Origin: Mobula birostris
Lineage: Eukaryota
NCBI RefSeq assembly: GCF_030028105.1
Contig: NC_092377.1
Location: 89,186,569-89,250,568 of the forward strand
DNA: 64,000 nt
Reading direction: 5' to 3'
Part shown: positions 50,644-61,807 of the stretch, in pieces
Layout: each line of letters starts with the position of its first letter
Position numbering within the stretch: position 1 is the stretch's first letter
The notes under the pieces: model-generated
What the model saw: only the letters and a program-made list of their open reading frames with translations
Told to the model about the DNA's origin: nothing
The model's database searches: none
Translations under genes and position numbers: made by a program

Positions 50644-51283
50644 TGTAAGGGCTTTTGCCCTATTGACCCCCCGTTGCCTAGGGTAAATAGCCGTCGACCC
50701 CGCCAAGCAGTGCAATCACTTTGGTGCAGATAAGGTGTGAGTCGCCCAATGAACTGCCACAACACAAATATGAAAACAATATACCAAGTGCGAGTAAAGA
50801 AATTTATAGCAAATTTTTAGTGCTGGGTTAGTAGAAATAACTCCATAAACTAGGCGCCACATAAGTAACTTAGCAGTCTTGTGCACGTAATATTTTAATA
50901 CGTTGGAGCTCACACCTCCGATTCCATCCACAACGTCCTTCCGAAACTCCGGCCATCATCCAAACCCTCAAGGTCCGGTATCCGCCTCCTTGGAACCGCT
51001 GTCCGTTCCTCACACATTTGTCCTCTCTGCTCACCTCCCGAAAAGCCCGTGCTCCACAACTCAGCACACATATACAAGATAACAGAATATGACTTCCATT
51101 GGCTAACAAATGAATACAATTTCCATTATCTCCCTGTATAACCCAAACATTGCAGTTACAGAGAACCCCTTGCTCAGCAGTTAACGTTACAAGAAGCCAT
51201 TTTAATATAACATTTCAGAGAAGCCATTTTGGTAATAAGCGATCAACAGTTAACAGTCCACCTAGTATACTGAGAGCCCTACA
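50644..51283 (-). repeat. 5' LTR of the Gypsy element
   Basis: Direct repeat of 44086-44731, followed on the minus strand by the PBS. Confidence 0.95.
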
Positions 51284-51909
51284 CATATATTGCTGAACTT
51301 CCAGTGCCACTGATATATGATCACTCCTCATCTTAGTTTTTCCCTGAACGCCCAAATCAACCACAGGCAAAGGGAAAAACCATGGAGGAGTGACAGAAAG
51401 GGGTATGCAGGGACCATATTCCACATTAATCAACTTGAGATTTTGTGCCCATTCATTCCCTATCCACTGAAGACCTTACAAATGAAGTATTCCCAACACT
51501 ACTAATGTTGCCAATATTGGATTACCAACTTTATGTCCTCTTACACTACCCAATAAACAATTACTAACTGTAACCTGCGTAGATGTAAAGGTACTTCACC
51601 CATTTCACCAGTAAGGCCAAAATTGATGATTTAATAGCACCACGACATAATCTCATTGCTGAGCTTGAACTTTACCTGGGGGCTTTAAGTCCACTGGAGA
51701 GGCTGACCCATAAGCTGCACATCCATAATCAAAGATAGATCTGATTAAAGCAGTATACATTTGTTTAAGTGACTTCCTACTCACACCCAGCTAAACATAT
51801 TAGAAGCTTTTATTCATTCACAAGCATCTTCCATGTTAGCTCTGTGTCCGTATAAATTAGGATGTGCTACAATATAACACCCTTTTAAACAACACTGCAG
51901 ACCCACATT

Positions 51910-54162
51910 CAGAAAATGCTGGAGGAACTCAGCAGGTCAGGCAGCATCTATAGAAATGAACAAACAGTTGACATTTCAGAGGAGACTCTTCACTAACGCT
52001 AGAAAGGAAGGGGGAAGAATAAGAGGGTGGTGATATGTGAAGCTGGGTGGGTGTTGGAGGGGTGGTGAAGTAAGAAGCTAAGCGGTGATAGGTGGAAAAG
52101 GTAAAGGGCTGGAGAAGAAGGAATCTGGTGGGAGAGAAGAGTGGACCATGGGAGAAAGGGAAGGAAGAGGGGCACCGGGGGCAGGTAACACTGCAATAAA
52201 TATTTTCAAAAGTGTTACTTCCGCAGAACATTTTTATGATTATGATAGACTGCTTGATGCTGAACACAAATATAATTTCAGACTATTTGTATCATGTAGG
52301 AATTTGGATTAACAAGGAATTAAGTGTTATTGAATATAATGTTTATTTGCATAATGGTGCTGATGCTTTGCAAAAGTTCAACTAAGCTGAAAATGTGTTG
52401 TTGGTGATTTTCATTTGTACTCAGTGTCTGAGGCTTCTCACTTAAGTGTCCGACAATAATCAGCCAGCATTGATGGATTCCATTGCCCTGATACCATTTC
52501 TCCATGACCGCATTGTTCTAGTGAAACCATTCATCATGCTCGTCACTGACAGTGCCAGGATTTTCAGGGAAGAATTCTAAATGGAAATGCAGAAAATGAA
52601 TCTTTAATGACATGTTGCACTTAATGGTTTTGTATCCTTCAAGCATGTTGTCAACCAGCTGCACATAGTTTGGTGCTCTGTAGTTGCCAAGAAAAATTTC
52701 AACAAATTTGAATACCTTCCATGCGATGTTCTCCAGTCCCACTAGAAGTTCTTCAAATTGCCTGTCATTGATGACCTGTTTGATTGTGGACCAACGAAAA
52801 TGCCTTCCTTAATCTTGGCTTCAGTTATTTAGGGAAATGTCTGTCTCAAATATCAAAATCCTTCACAGAAATGTTTGTGTCTGGTGACAACAGATTCCAT
52901 CCTTGCAGTCTTGAACCCAGTAATTCTGATTTTGCCTTTGACATATCCAAGTCTCTGATCAGGGCATTTAACTCAGATTGAGTTATCGGATAAGGCTCAT
53001 TCGACATAAGAGGTTCAAATTCTATATCAGTGTCATTTTCAATTTCTGGCTCATGCATTATGGCTTCATCTGCCTCCTCTGGACTTCGTGTCCTGTTTTT
53101 CTAAAACCTGACCTGCCACGTAGCATCTGCCCTGCCTAAGCATACCTGCACAAGATAGGAAACGTTTCAGCTTACATTGTGGACAACATTTTAATTGACT
53201 TGAATTATGAATTGAAGTAACAATACAAGTGATTACAAAAAAATTGTGCACGATAGGGAAATTTCATGGTGATTTTCATGATCAACAGCCCAAAATCCAT
53301 AAAATACACCCAAAAGTATTCAGGAAGCAAAATCTTTGGTGTCCATTGTAATAGGTAAATGAGGAGAAGAGGAAAGGTAAGAGGGGAGGTGAGGGGCCAG
53401 AGTGGAAAATTGAAGGAGAGAGAAGGGAGACAGGAATAAATTACCAGAGGTTAATGGCACAAACATTGATTTCTTCAACTTCTGGTAATATTGGGGTAGT
53501 GGAGGTATAATTTGTCCATCAGTGCTGATCACCCCATCTTTGACCAAGCTGTTCCACCGTGAACATGATCTGTTATGAGTCAACATGATACTTTCAGATC
53601 AGGTCATGCATAGCACATACCTCCACCACACTGCTCAGGTGTGTTTCTGGGGTACAGGGGCTAGTGACCCTTGTGCCTGTCCTATGTACTTGCTATCGCT
53701 GAGCAGCAATGAACCATCTGATTGGCCTATCAGAGTTCTCTTTGAGAATTAGTTGACTTGATCAGCATTCTGATCTGGCTATTGTTCATGATTGCATTTA
53801 AATTTAAAAAAAAGTTTCCTCTTCCCCTTCTCTCTTCTTTAATTCTCCACTCTATCCCCAGAAATTTATCAGGATCATATCACAAAATTTAGATTGTTTT
53901 TGAAAAGGCATGACATGGTAAATATTTGAAGATATTTGATTCTCAACAGATAAATTCCACTGGCCATCAAGAGTTGAGAATAGTGTGAGATTAATAAGAA
54001 CCAAGCTATAATATTAACAGGAATATATAGAAGAGTCAAGACCCTGATGAAGGTCTGGGCCCAAAACATCAACAGCTTATTCATTTCCATAGATATTGCA
54101 TGACCTCAGCATTTTGTGTGTGTTGCTCTGGATTTCCAGCAGCTGCATAATTTCTTGTGTTT
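51910..54162. mobile_element. older inverted Penelope-terminus insertion interrupted by a DNA transposon
   Basis: Minus arm from AAAATGCTGGAGGAACTCAGC; plus arm ending CAGCATTTTGTGTGTGTTGC...; decayed hammerhead at ~54043-54075; possible TSD CAGACCCACATT (51898-51909) / CAGATTCACATT (54163-54174). Confidence 0.6.
52189..53348 (-). mobile_element. internally deleted Chapaev3-like (CMC) DNA transposon
   Basis: Transposase peptides ELNALIRDLDMSKAKSELLGSRLQGWNLL and FLGNYRAPNY...MSLKIHFLHFHLEFFPENPGTVSDEH; termini CACTG...CATTG; 3-bp TSD TAA (52186-52188, 53349-53351). Confidence 0.75.
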
Positions 54163-54629
54163 CAGATTCACATTTATTTATCACATGACCCAATAGGATT
54201 GCCTTATTGTCACTGTTCAGTGGAACAGTGTGAGAAAGCCACTATCAGTCTGTAGGGACACATCAAGGCTTCTGTATTTTTGTACTCTAAACTCTTATCA
54301 ATAGAGCCCAATAAAAATTTTTCCTGACTTTAATGCTTGTTGTGTGTATAAACTTCGTTATATGAACTTAGTTTCTCAGCACGTTCTTCCTGTTAGATAT
54401 CAGATTGTTCCGTATTAAATTACATTTTCCTCATTCTTGCTTAACTTGCCTGTATTCCCTTGTACGTGCCTTTGCTAGCTGCACATTGTTCACTTTCCTA
54501 CCTAGCTCTTCTCATGGCATTGCCCTGATTGGATTACAACATTATACTCTGATTTTCATGAGTAAAATAAGTCATAAGCAGATGAGGCACAGTACTGCTC
54601 CTTATACACCCAGTTAGTGATAAGGCCCT

Positions 54630-55010
54630 CCATAGGTCAGGGTCAACCATGGATATTGCATCCTGGCTGTCTACATGATACGCAAGCCAGGACAGTACGA
54701 CATGGAGCCCATGCGGAAGGCTCTCTATCTGTCCATTCAGCGGATGAATCCAAAGGAGTGGCAGTTTGCTATTAGCGGTGTCATAGATATTGCCAGTCAG
54801 CGTTGGACTGCGTTAGTAACTCAAGCTCTGGATCTTTCCTCGGTGGGGTGGGGGGGTTACTCCCAAAGCCCTTCCCAGGAGTGAATATAGACGCAAGGCT
54901 GTGCAGGCTTGAGATCAAAATTTTCTTTCTTCTAGATGAGCTGCCAACCACAGTTAACGGGCCCATCTGTCCAAAGCGTCTGGTTTTAGGCACCAGTAAC
55001 CCACCTTTGT
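54630..55010 (-). mobile_element. non-autonomous non-LTR element (Vingi/RTE-type 5'UTR-like)
   Basis: Minus strand AGATGGGC...GCAGCTCATCTAGAAGAAAGAAAA resembles recalled Vingi/RTE 5' ends; family uncertain. Confidence 0.35.
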
Positions 55011-55199
55011 CCCTTTTTCTGTCAGTAGAAACTGTTCCACTGGCTTTTCCTCTCTGCTGCACCCAGCTTCCCACCGCATTCCCCTCCCACTAAAACCTGT
55101 AAATTCTTCATTGCCTACTTCATTGGACCTCATCAAATGAATTCTGAGAATTCCATTAATCCACATACACTACCAACATATCCCCTCTTCTAGCAATGT

Positions 55200-56345
55200 T
55201 CTCACAGCATTCAATGGTATTAAACTTTTACTTCACAAAAACGTGTTGATTTTGCCTAATCACATCATGTCTAAATGTCTCAATCTCAGGTGGCCAATCT
55301 CTTTTCCTGAGACTAATGACTCCTAGTTCTGGACTTGGCAGGTAGGGAAACGGGCTCACAGCATCTATCTGATTAAAACCCTCTTAGAATATTACATGTT
55401 TGAATGAGATCATCTTTATTTCTCAATTTCAGACAATTTGAAAGCTTTCAACTTAATCTCATGGGAATTCCCTTGTATCACAGAAATGAGTCTTCAACTC
55501 CCTCTTAAATGAAGTATATTCTTTCCATAGGTAAGATGTCTAGAACTAATACACCATTTTCCTCCTGGGTGTTAACTTTTTATTTGTGTAATTGATATCC
55601 ACATAACCATCTGGCATTGCTAATCTTCCTGTTAAGATTAATGATTTTGCATTTACTGAACGATTCTCCATCAGCCACTATGTTGCCCAATCTCTTAACT
55701 GTTATTTTGCAGTCAATCTTTTACACAGTGTACTTCCCACCTGTTTTTATATTGTCAACAAACTCGGTCCTTCATCTGTGTTGCAGAACAGGTTGTAAGT
55801 AGATGCTCAAGCATTAATACCATAGCACTCATGTTGCATCCTTATATTTCAAAAAGTGAGTCTTTTATCCCTTTTTGGGGGGATGGGGAATCCAATCCTT
55901 AAAATCACAAATCTTAATTTTGTCCAACAGCTTATTGTTTAATAATTCATTTCATTGCTTTTGAAAATCTTACTATATCATACTCTCCCTTCTCTATTGT
56001 GAGAACAAAATATTGTTAGTTTACTGTAGATTTTAAAAGACATTCAATATTCAAAATGGTTGATCTTTACCATATTTATCCTCCTATTAGATTTGTCAAA
56101 CCATATCAAATGTTTTTCCAGGTGTTATTACATATTATAACATTTTCCTTACCACTGTTACAAGACTAATTGACCTCTGATTCCTCATTTCCTGTTTTCC
56201 TGCACTCTTGAATAGAGGAATAGACTTGCTGTTCTAAACAGCTACTCAAGTATCAAGTGTACCCTGGTACGTCAAAACCCATGTATCCACAATCAATGTA
56301 GTCTCTTCTTTAAAGTACTAGGATATAGCCTAGGTGATTTGTTGA
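55200..56345 (-). mobile_element. old CR1-type LINE fragments
   Basis: Degenerate RT motifs (TTGCTTTTGAAAATCT, TATTGTCAACAAACT). Confidence 0.45.
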
Positions 56346-57749
56346 CCTTTAGTGTCAATAAATCACCCATGCTGTATCCTAGTACTTTAAAGGGGAGAGT
56401 TTTTTTTATACTCGCCGGACTTTTTTATACTTTAAAAATATATACTTGTTGAGAATTATCAAGTTTTAAGTGTCAGTTATTACTTATGCACTATTATTTT
56501 GAGTCATAGGGTCACATAGCATGGAAAAAAGCCCTTTGGTCTAACTTGTCCATCTGCCTAAGACTGCCATCTGATATCCTATTTGGCCATTTTTGGTTCA
56601 CATCCCTCTAAACCTTTTCTATACACCTACCAATCCAAGTGACTTCTAAATGTTGTGTAAGACTCGTTGCATCTAGTGGCATGAACTCGGGGGTGGCTCC
56701 CCCTCCCCGACCAAACTTTAGCATTCTTGTTTGGGTGGATGCTGCGTGTTGTGTCCCCTGTGTAACATCAGTACCCCGAAATAACATTCAGTCCACAATG
56801 TGCAGTTAAACGATTAAGATTTTATATTTAAGTATGGGGTTAGTAGAGAAAGAAAAGGAAAACAAATAAAAGGTGCCAATAATCTCATAAACATGTTCAG
56901 TGCACAAACATTGGAGCTCACAGATTCCCTTTTGCTGAACCTCCTTCGTGAGTCGGCCCCTGGGCTCCTGCCCCAGGCCCAGCAGGTCCGGCCACCATCT
57001 CCTCAAGCCACATCTTCTCTCTTCATCCTCCTCGCGCCTTCTCCCCGAAGCCCGCGCAAACGAACAGCTTTCACACAAGCAGAAAGAATAACATCTATCC
57101 CAATTGGTTAGCAAATGAATACAAGTCCCGTTATCACAAATTATAACCCAATCATACTACTATAGAGAACCACTGTCTCAGCAGTTAACAGTACAGAGAA
57201 GCCATTTTATTCATCATAGCAGTAAACATAAAAGAAGAAACCCTTACACTCTTCCCCCACCAAACTTAGTCATGTCCTCATGACTTCTAAATAACTCGCC
57301 AACCCTTCCTGCAGACGCAAAAACCCAATCCAGTACAAACAGTGACATTGCTCCCCAAACAATAAACCTTGTGCCCTGTTCCCCAGGTGCAACATAGGCC
57401 AACCTATCTGGGAGTTTCCTAATCCTCCGAGACCTCTGTACCCCTTGACCTAAACCCTTCAGGCTCGGACACTACTAGGGATACCTCGGGTCTGCTTGCC
57501 AAATCCTCTCTCACTCATGCCCCCACTGCAACTCGGAGCTTCCTGTCCTGTGTCCAGGCACCCCTGTCTCTCCTTCAGGGTCCTGCAGTAACCCAGGCTG
57601 CCCACAGCTAGCACCCCCCCCCCTCACCTGACTCAGTGGGAGAAGGGCCAGGAGTCTCTTCATCCAACAAGGGGAAGTTAGTGAAAGGCAGCATGTACCA
57701 CACCTTCATCTCATCATCCTTCAAATCCACATTCTTCTCCTTGTCTTTG

Positions 57750-58180
57750 ATTTGTAGCTGTTGTTTGGTTTTCTCCAAACTGCAGCACTTAGCCTGGGCT
57801 GCCTTTGCAGCCTCTTCAGCCTCCTGCAATCGAGACGTCAGCTTCTTCTTTGACTCCTCTGCCTCCAGCCGCAGTCGCAGCAGTTCAGACTTGCGCTTCG
57901 TGTTCACCTCTATCTGGGACGCAATTACACCATCAGCTTCTTCCAAGCTGTTCTGGAACAATTTCTCCAGTTTCTGCTGATCCTTTCAAAGGTTGGTCAT
58001 TGTTTCATCTCTCTGGATTACTTCATCAGTAAATGACCGCAGTTTCAGCTTGGAATTCCGTTTCTCCGTCACCACTTTGACGAGCATAGACCCTAATTCT
58101 TCAATCTTTGTCCCAAAATTGCAGCACTCAGTCTCCAGCCTGCATCCCTGAGCATTCAGTTCAGCAGAGCAAATCTCCTC
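57750..58180 (-). pseudogene. captured fragments of a sarcomeric myosin heavy-chain coiled-coil tail
   Basis: [36 protein letters not shown] versus recalled myosin [57 protein letters not shown] versus [34 protein letters not shown] versus ELTAKKRKLEDEC. One in-frame TGA at 57986-57988. Confidence 0.88.
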
Positions 58181-58741
58181 TCTCAGCAGAACACTCACGA
58201 GCTGTATCCTTCTCCAGACCTGGCACTCGTCCAAAGAAAGTTTTACTTCGTTAACCCCTAGTCGCCCAGGATCCCTCACTCACCTCACTTCATAGTTGTC
58301 CAAGACGAATCCCAATGCTAGGAGATTATCCAAATACAGGTTTCCCCCGCCATCCAAAGGCAATCGCCTCTGATCTGGGCTGACACTGGGAGGCACCTAA
58401 TTAATTAGCATGTTTATTTCGGCTTTTTTCTTAAAGATGTGCTGGGTGCGTCCCGGCTACTGCTGCACCACTGCATTCTTCACAGCAATGTGTCGGTCCG
58501 CGGCCCGGAGGTTGGGGTGGTGGGACACTGAGGTGTCATCTCATCATCATCTGTTTCCAGCAGGGCAGGCAGGTCATCTTCTATGTCTGTCTGCCTGCCT
58601 CGGTGTCGAAGGTCGAGGTTTGTCATCTGCTGTGGCTGATATGGAAGGCTTGAAAAACAACAGTATGCTTGACTGCAACACACATAACAAAAAAAATGCT
58701 GGTGAATGCAGCAGGCCAGGCAGCATCTCTAGGAAGAGGTA

Positions 58742-58779
58742 CAGTCGACGTTTCGGGCCAAGACCCTTCATCAGGACTA
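58742..58779 (-). ncRNA. minimal type I hammerhead ribozyme motif, intact
   Basis: TAGTC CTGATGA A GGGT-CTTG-GCCC GAAA CGTC GACTG. Confidence 0.8.
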
Positions 58780-59726
58780 ACTGAAAGAAGAGCTAGTAAG
58801 AGATTTGAAAGTGGGAGAGGGAGATCCGAAATGATAGGAGAAGACAGGAGGGAGAGGGATGGAGCCAAGAGCTGGACAGTTGATTGACGAAAGGGATATG
58901 AGAGGAAAAGTGGGGGACAGATACCAGAATAGGTTTGGAACATAGATTGTTCCACAAAGCCAACAAAAAGACAGGCATAGCTAGGACCCATATGGGTGCC
59001 CATGGCTACACCTTTAGTTTGGAGGAATTGGGAGGAGCCAAAGGAGAAATTATTAAGAGTAAGGACTAATTCCGCTAGACGGAGCAGAGTGGTGGTAGAG
59101 GGGAACTGGTTAGGTCTGGAATCCAAAAAGAAGCGTAGAGCTTTGAGACCTTCCTGATGGCGGATGGAAGTATATAGGGACTGGACATCTATGGTGAAAA
59201 TAAAGCGGTGGGGGCCAGGGAACTTAAAATCATCGAAAAGTTTCAGAGCGTGAGAAGTGTCACGAGCATAGGTAGGAAGAGATTGAACAAGGGGGGATAA
59301 AACCGTATCGAGGTATGCAGAAATGAGTTCGGTGGGGCAGGAGCAAGCTGAGACAATAGGTCTACCAGGACAGGCAGGTTTGTGGATCTTGGGTAAGAGG
59401 TAGAGAGGGGAAGTGCGGGGTGTGGGAACTATAAGGTTGGTAGCAGTGGATGGGAGATCCCCCTGAGCAGATGGTGTGGGAGACAATGGCCTGGTACTCC
59501 TTAGTGGGGTCACGATCGAGGGGTAAATAAGAGGAGGTATCCGCGAGTTGTCGCTGTGCCTCGGCAAGGTAGAGGTCAGTATGCTAGACTACAACAGCAC
59601 CCCCATTATTGGCGGGTTTTATAGTAAAGTTAGGATTAGTGTGGAGGGAGTGGAGAGCAGAGCGTTCGGAAGGAGTGAGGTTGGAATGGGAACAAGGTGC
59701 GGTGAAGTCGAGACGGTTGATGTGGT

Positions 59727-59818
59727 ATGAACATTGACTTCTCATAGCCTCCAACCTGATGGCATGAACATTGACTTCTCATAGCCTCCAACCAGATGGC
59801 ATGAACATTGACTTCTCA
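59727..59818 (+). repeat. 37-bp tandem repeat (2.5 copies) at the Penelope inversion junction
   Basis: Unit ATGAACATTGACTTCTCATAGCCTCCAACCWGATGGC. Confidence 0.9.
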
Positions 59819-60121
59819 AACTTCCGCTAATGCCCCACCTCCCCCTCGTACCCGATCCGTTATTTATTTATATACACACATTCTTTTTCTCTCTCTCCTT
59901 TTTCTCCCTCTGTCCCCCTCACTATACCCCTTGCCCATCCTCTGGTTTTCCCCCCCCTCCCCTTTTCTTTCTCCCTAGGCCTCCTGTCCCACGATCCCCT
60001 CATATCCCTTTTGCCAATCAACTGTCCAGCTCTTGGCTCCATCCCTCCCCTTCCCGTCTTCTCCTATCATTTCGGATCTCCCCCTCCCACTTTCAAATCT
60101 CTTACTAGCTCTTCTTTCAGT

Positions 60122-60159
60122 TAGTCCTGACGAAGGGTCTTGGCCCGAAACGTCGACTG
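60122..60159 (+). ncRNA. minimal type I hammerhead ribozyme motif, intact
   Basis: TAGTC CTGACGA A GGGT-CTTG-GCCC GAAA CGTC GACTG; predicted cleavage 3' of C60154. Confidence 0.8.
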
Positions 60160-61807
60160 TACCTCTTCCTAGAGATGCTGCCTGGCCTGCTGCCTTCACC
60201 AGCATTTTTTATGGGTGTTGCTTGAAATTCCAGCATCTGCAGATTTCTTCGAGTATGCTTGACTGCTTAGCCTCGCGCATTTTTCTATCATACAGTTCTT
60301 TATAAGCACTCAAACCGTCTTGTAAATATGCTCTACGTACCCTTTCCAAATTAAAGTCATACTTTTCTGCAATCATTGCAGCGAAAATCTTATGCAGTTG
60401 CTTCACGTTCAGTTCCTGGATGACTTCACTTTCAGTCCGTTCATTACTGCATTCGGTTTCGATTGTTACCCTTTCCTCTTCCAATTGCATCAGCTCTTCA
60501 TTTATCAGTTCTTGGTCATGGGATGCCCGACCTCTTCAACATCATCTTGGTCAGCTTCCACAAACCAAACTCACTTTGACCTTACTTCGTTCACCACGAT
60601 TGAAAGGCTTAATTATGTCTAGTTTTATCCTAAGTGTAACACCCTTACAAGCTCTTTTAGGCTTTTCTGATACCTTAGAACTCATCTTGCTAACGGATGC
60701 ACAAAATAAATCGACATAAAGCACAGATGCTCACAGGCACATGTTTAAGCAATGCCAGCTAGAATGCAGTTCCGGGGTGCTCGGGGCATGCGCTGCCTTT
60801 TCTCGTAACAGTGAAAACACCTTCTGTTAGCGAAAACAGGTAACTAATGCAGGTCTTTCGTAACAACGAGGTGTCGTAAAGCAAACATTCGAAAAGCGAG
60901 GGACACCCGTACAGCAAAACTCCAAACAACTCCATATTCCCCACCGTCTTCCTCATGCCCCGCTGGAAAGTTGGAAGGGCTCCGGATATGCCCTGGGGCA
61001 TCTTTTTGGACTGGAAGAATCCCAGGGGACTTATAACGGCCGTCTTTTCCTTGTCAGCCTCACTCATCGGGATTTGGCAACAACCACTCCTCATCCAGCA
61101 CATTAAACCACTTTGCACCACTCAGACAGACCCTCGGGACTGCATGCTGGTCAGGTACAGTGCGCCTGTGCAGGGTCCAATAACCCACGCACATGCTGCC
61201 TGTGTCCTCCATGTCTACAGGGGCCAGTCGCGGCAACCTCTTTCTCACCAAGGTGTCTTCAGTGGTCAACTTCCCTGTCCCCCCCACCCCCACCCCCGTG
61301 GTACGTCAGAGCATCCACTAAGAGGGTCTCACCCTCAGATACTTCCCCCGGGCCGTACCGCCATCGGCTCTCATTTAAATTCAATACCAGCCCAATGCTG
61401 CTACACATGTCCTCACAAGCAGCTCGAAACATCGGGTGGACAGACAATGCCCCCAAACAGCTCTCACCCGCCTCCTCCTGGCAGGGCCCCATGCGCCTTC
61501 TCACCAGGGGGGTGTTGGTCCTCTCCAGAATTGAAATGCTGCCCGTCTCAATGGTGTGCGGATGCATCGGCATTAACAATTCACGAACCTCAGATACCCC
61601 CGGCCAGAACCTCTGCCTCCGAGAACTCCAGTTTCACTGACCAATAATCGTCTTTTGGATAATCCCCAGCACTGATATTCCGACTTTCCAGAGTCTGGAA
61701 TGGTGTCAAGGGTAAATGCTTCAAGTACCGGTTGTAAAACGAACTGTACAACAACTTGACCTGCGCCCCAGTGTTGAGGATGGCCTTAGTATAGCTTCCC
61801 TCCATCC

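Larger units (their letters stand above)
44086..51283 (-). mobile_element. full-length but disrupted Ty3/Gypsy LTR retrotransposon with PNMA-like Gag
   Basis: LTRs 44086-44731 and 50644-51283 (TGTAAG...CTACA); TSD CATA (44082-44085, 51284-51287); domain order gag-PR-RT-RNaseH-IN; PBS and PPT present; frameshifts and stops. Confidence 0.97.
58677..60251. mobile_element. Penelope-like insertion, inverted arms
   Basis: Minus arm has pLTR plus RT (YLLPKIHK, GRPIVS, DVQSLYT, GVAMGTHMGPSYA); plus arm 59727-60251; 15-bp TSD AGTATGCTTGACTGC at 58662-58676 and 60252-60266. Confidence 0.92.
58337..60909 (-). mobile_element. Tigger/pogo-like non-autonomous DNA transposon
   Basis: TA at 58335-58336 and 60910-60911; imperfect TIRs CAGGTTTCCCCCGC / CGGGTGTCCCTCGC; transposase C-terminal remnant YKELYDRKMREAKQSSILLFFKP is restored when the Penelope insert is removed. 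Confidence 0.8.

Noticed and set aside
54920-55020. HDV-like ribozyme at the 5' end of the non-LTR element
   Set aside because: Only one helix (AGATGGGC/GCTCATCT) is evident; the nested pseudoknot could not be assigned by eye.
57608-58279. Functional myosin gene exon
   Set aside because: No splice sites at the homology boundaries, non-adjacent rod segments are fused, there is an in-frame stop, and it is embedded in Gypsy pol.
58623-59567. Novel 314-aa fusion protein
   Set aside because: Chance read-through of a deleted Penelope RT into the pLTR and flanking Tigger sequence; the catalytic YxDD region is deleted.
59727-59818. CRISPR-like 37-bp repeats
   Set aside because: Units are directly adjacent with no spacers and derive from the Penelope ORF end; the context is eukaryotic.
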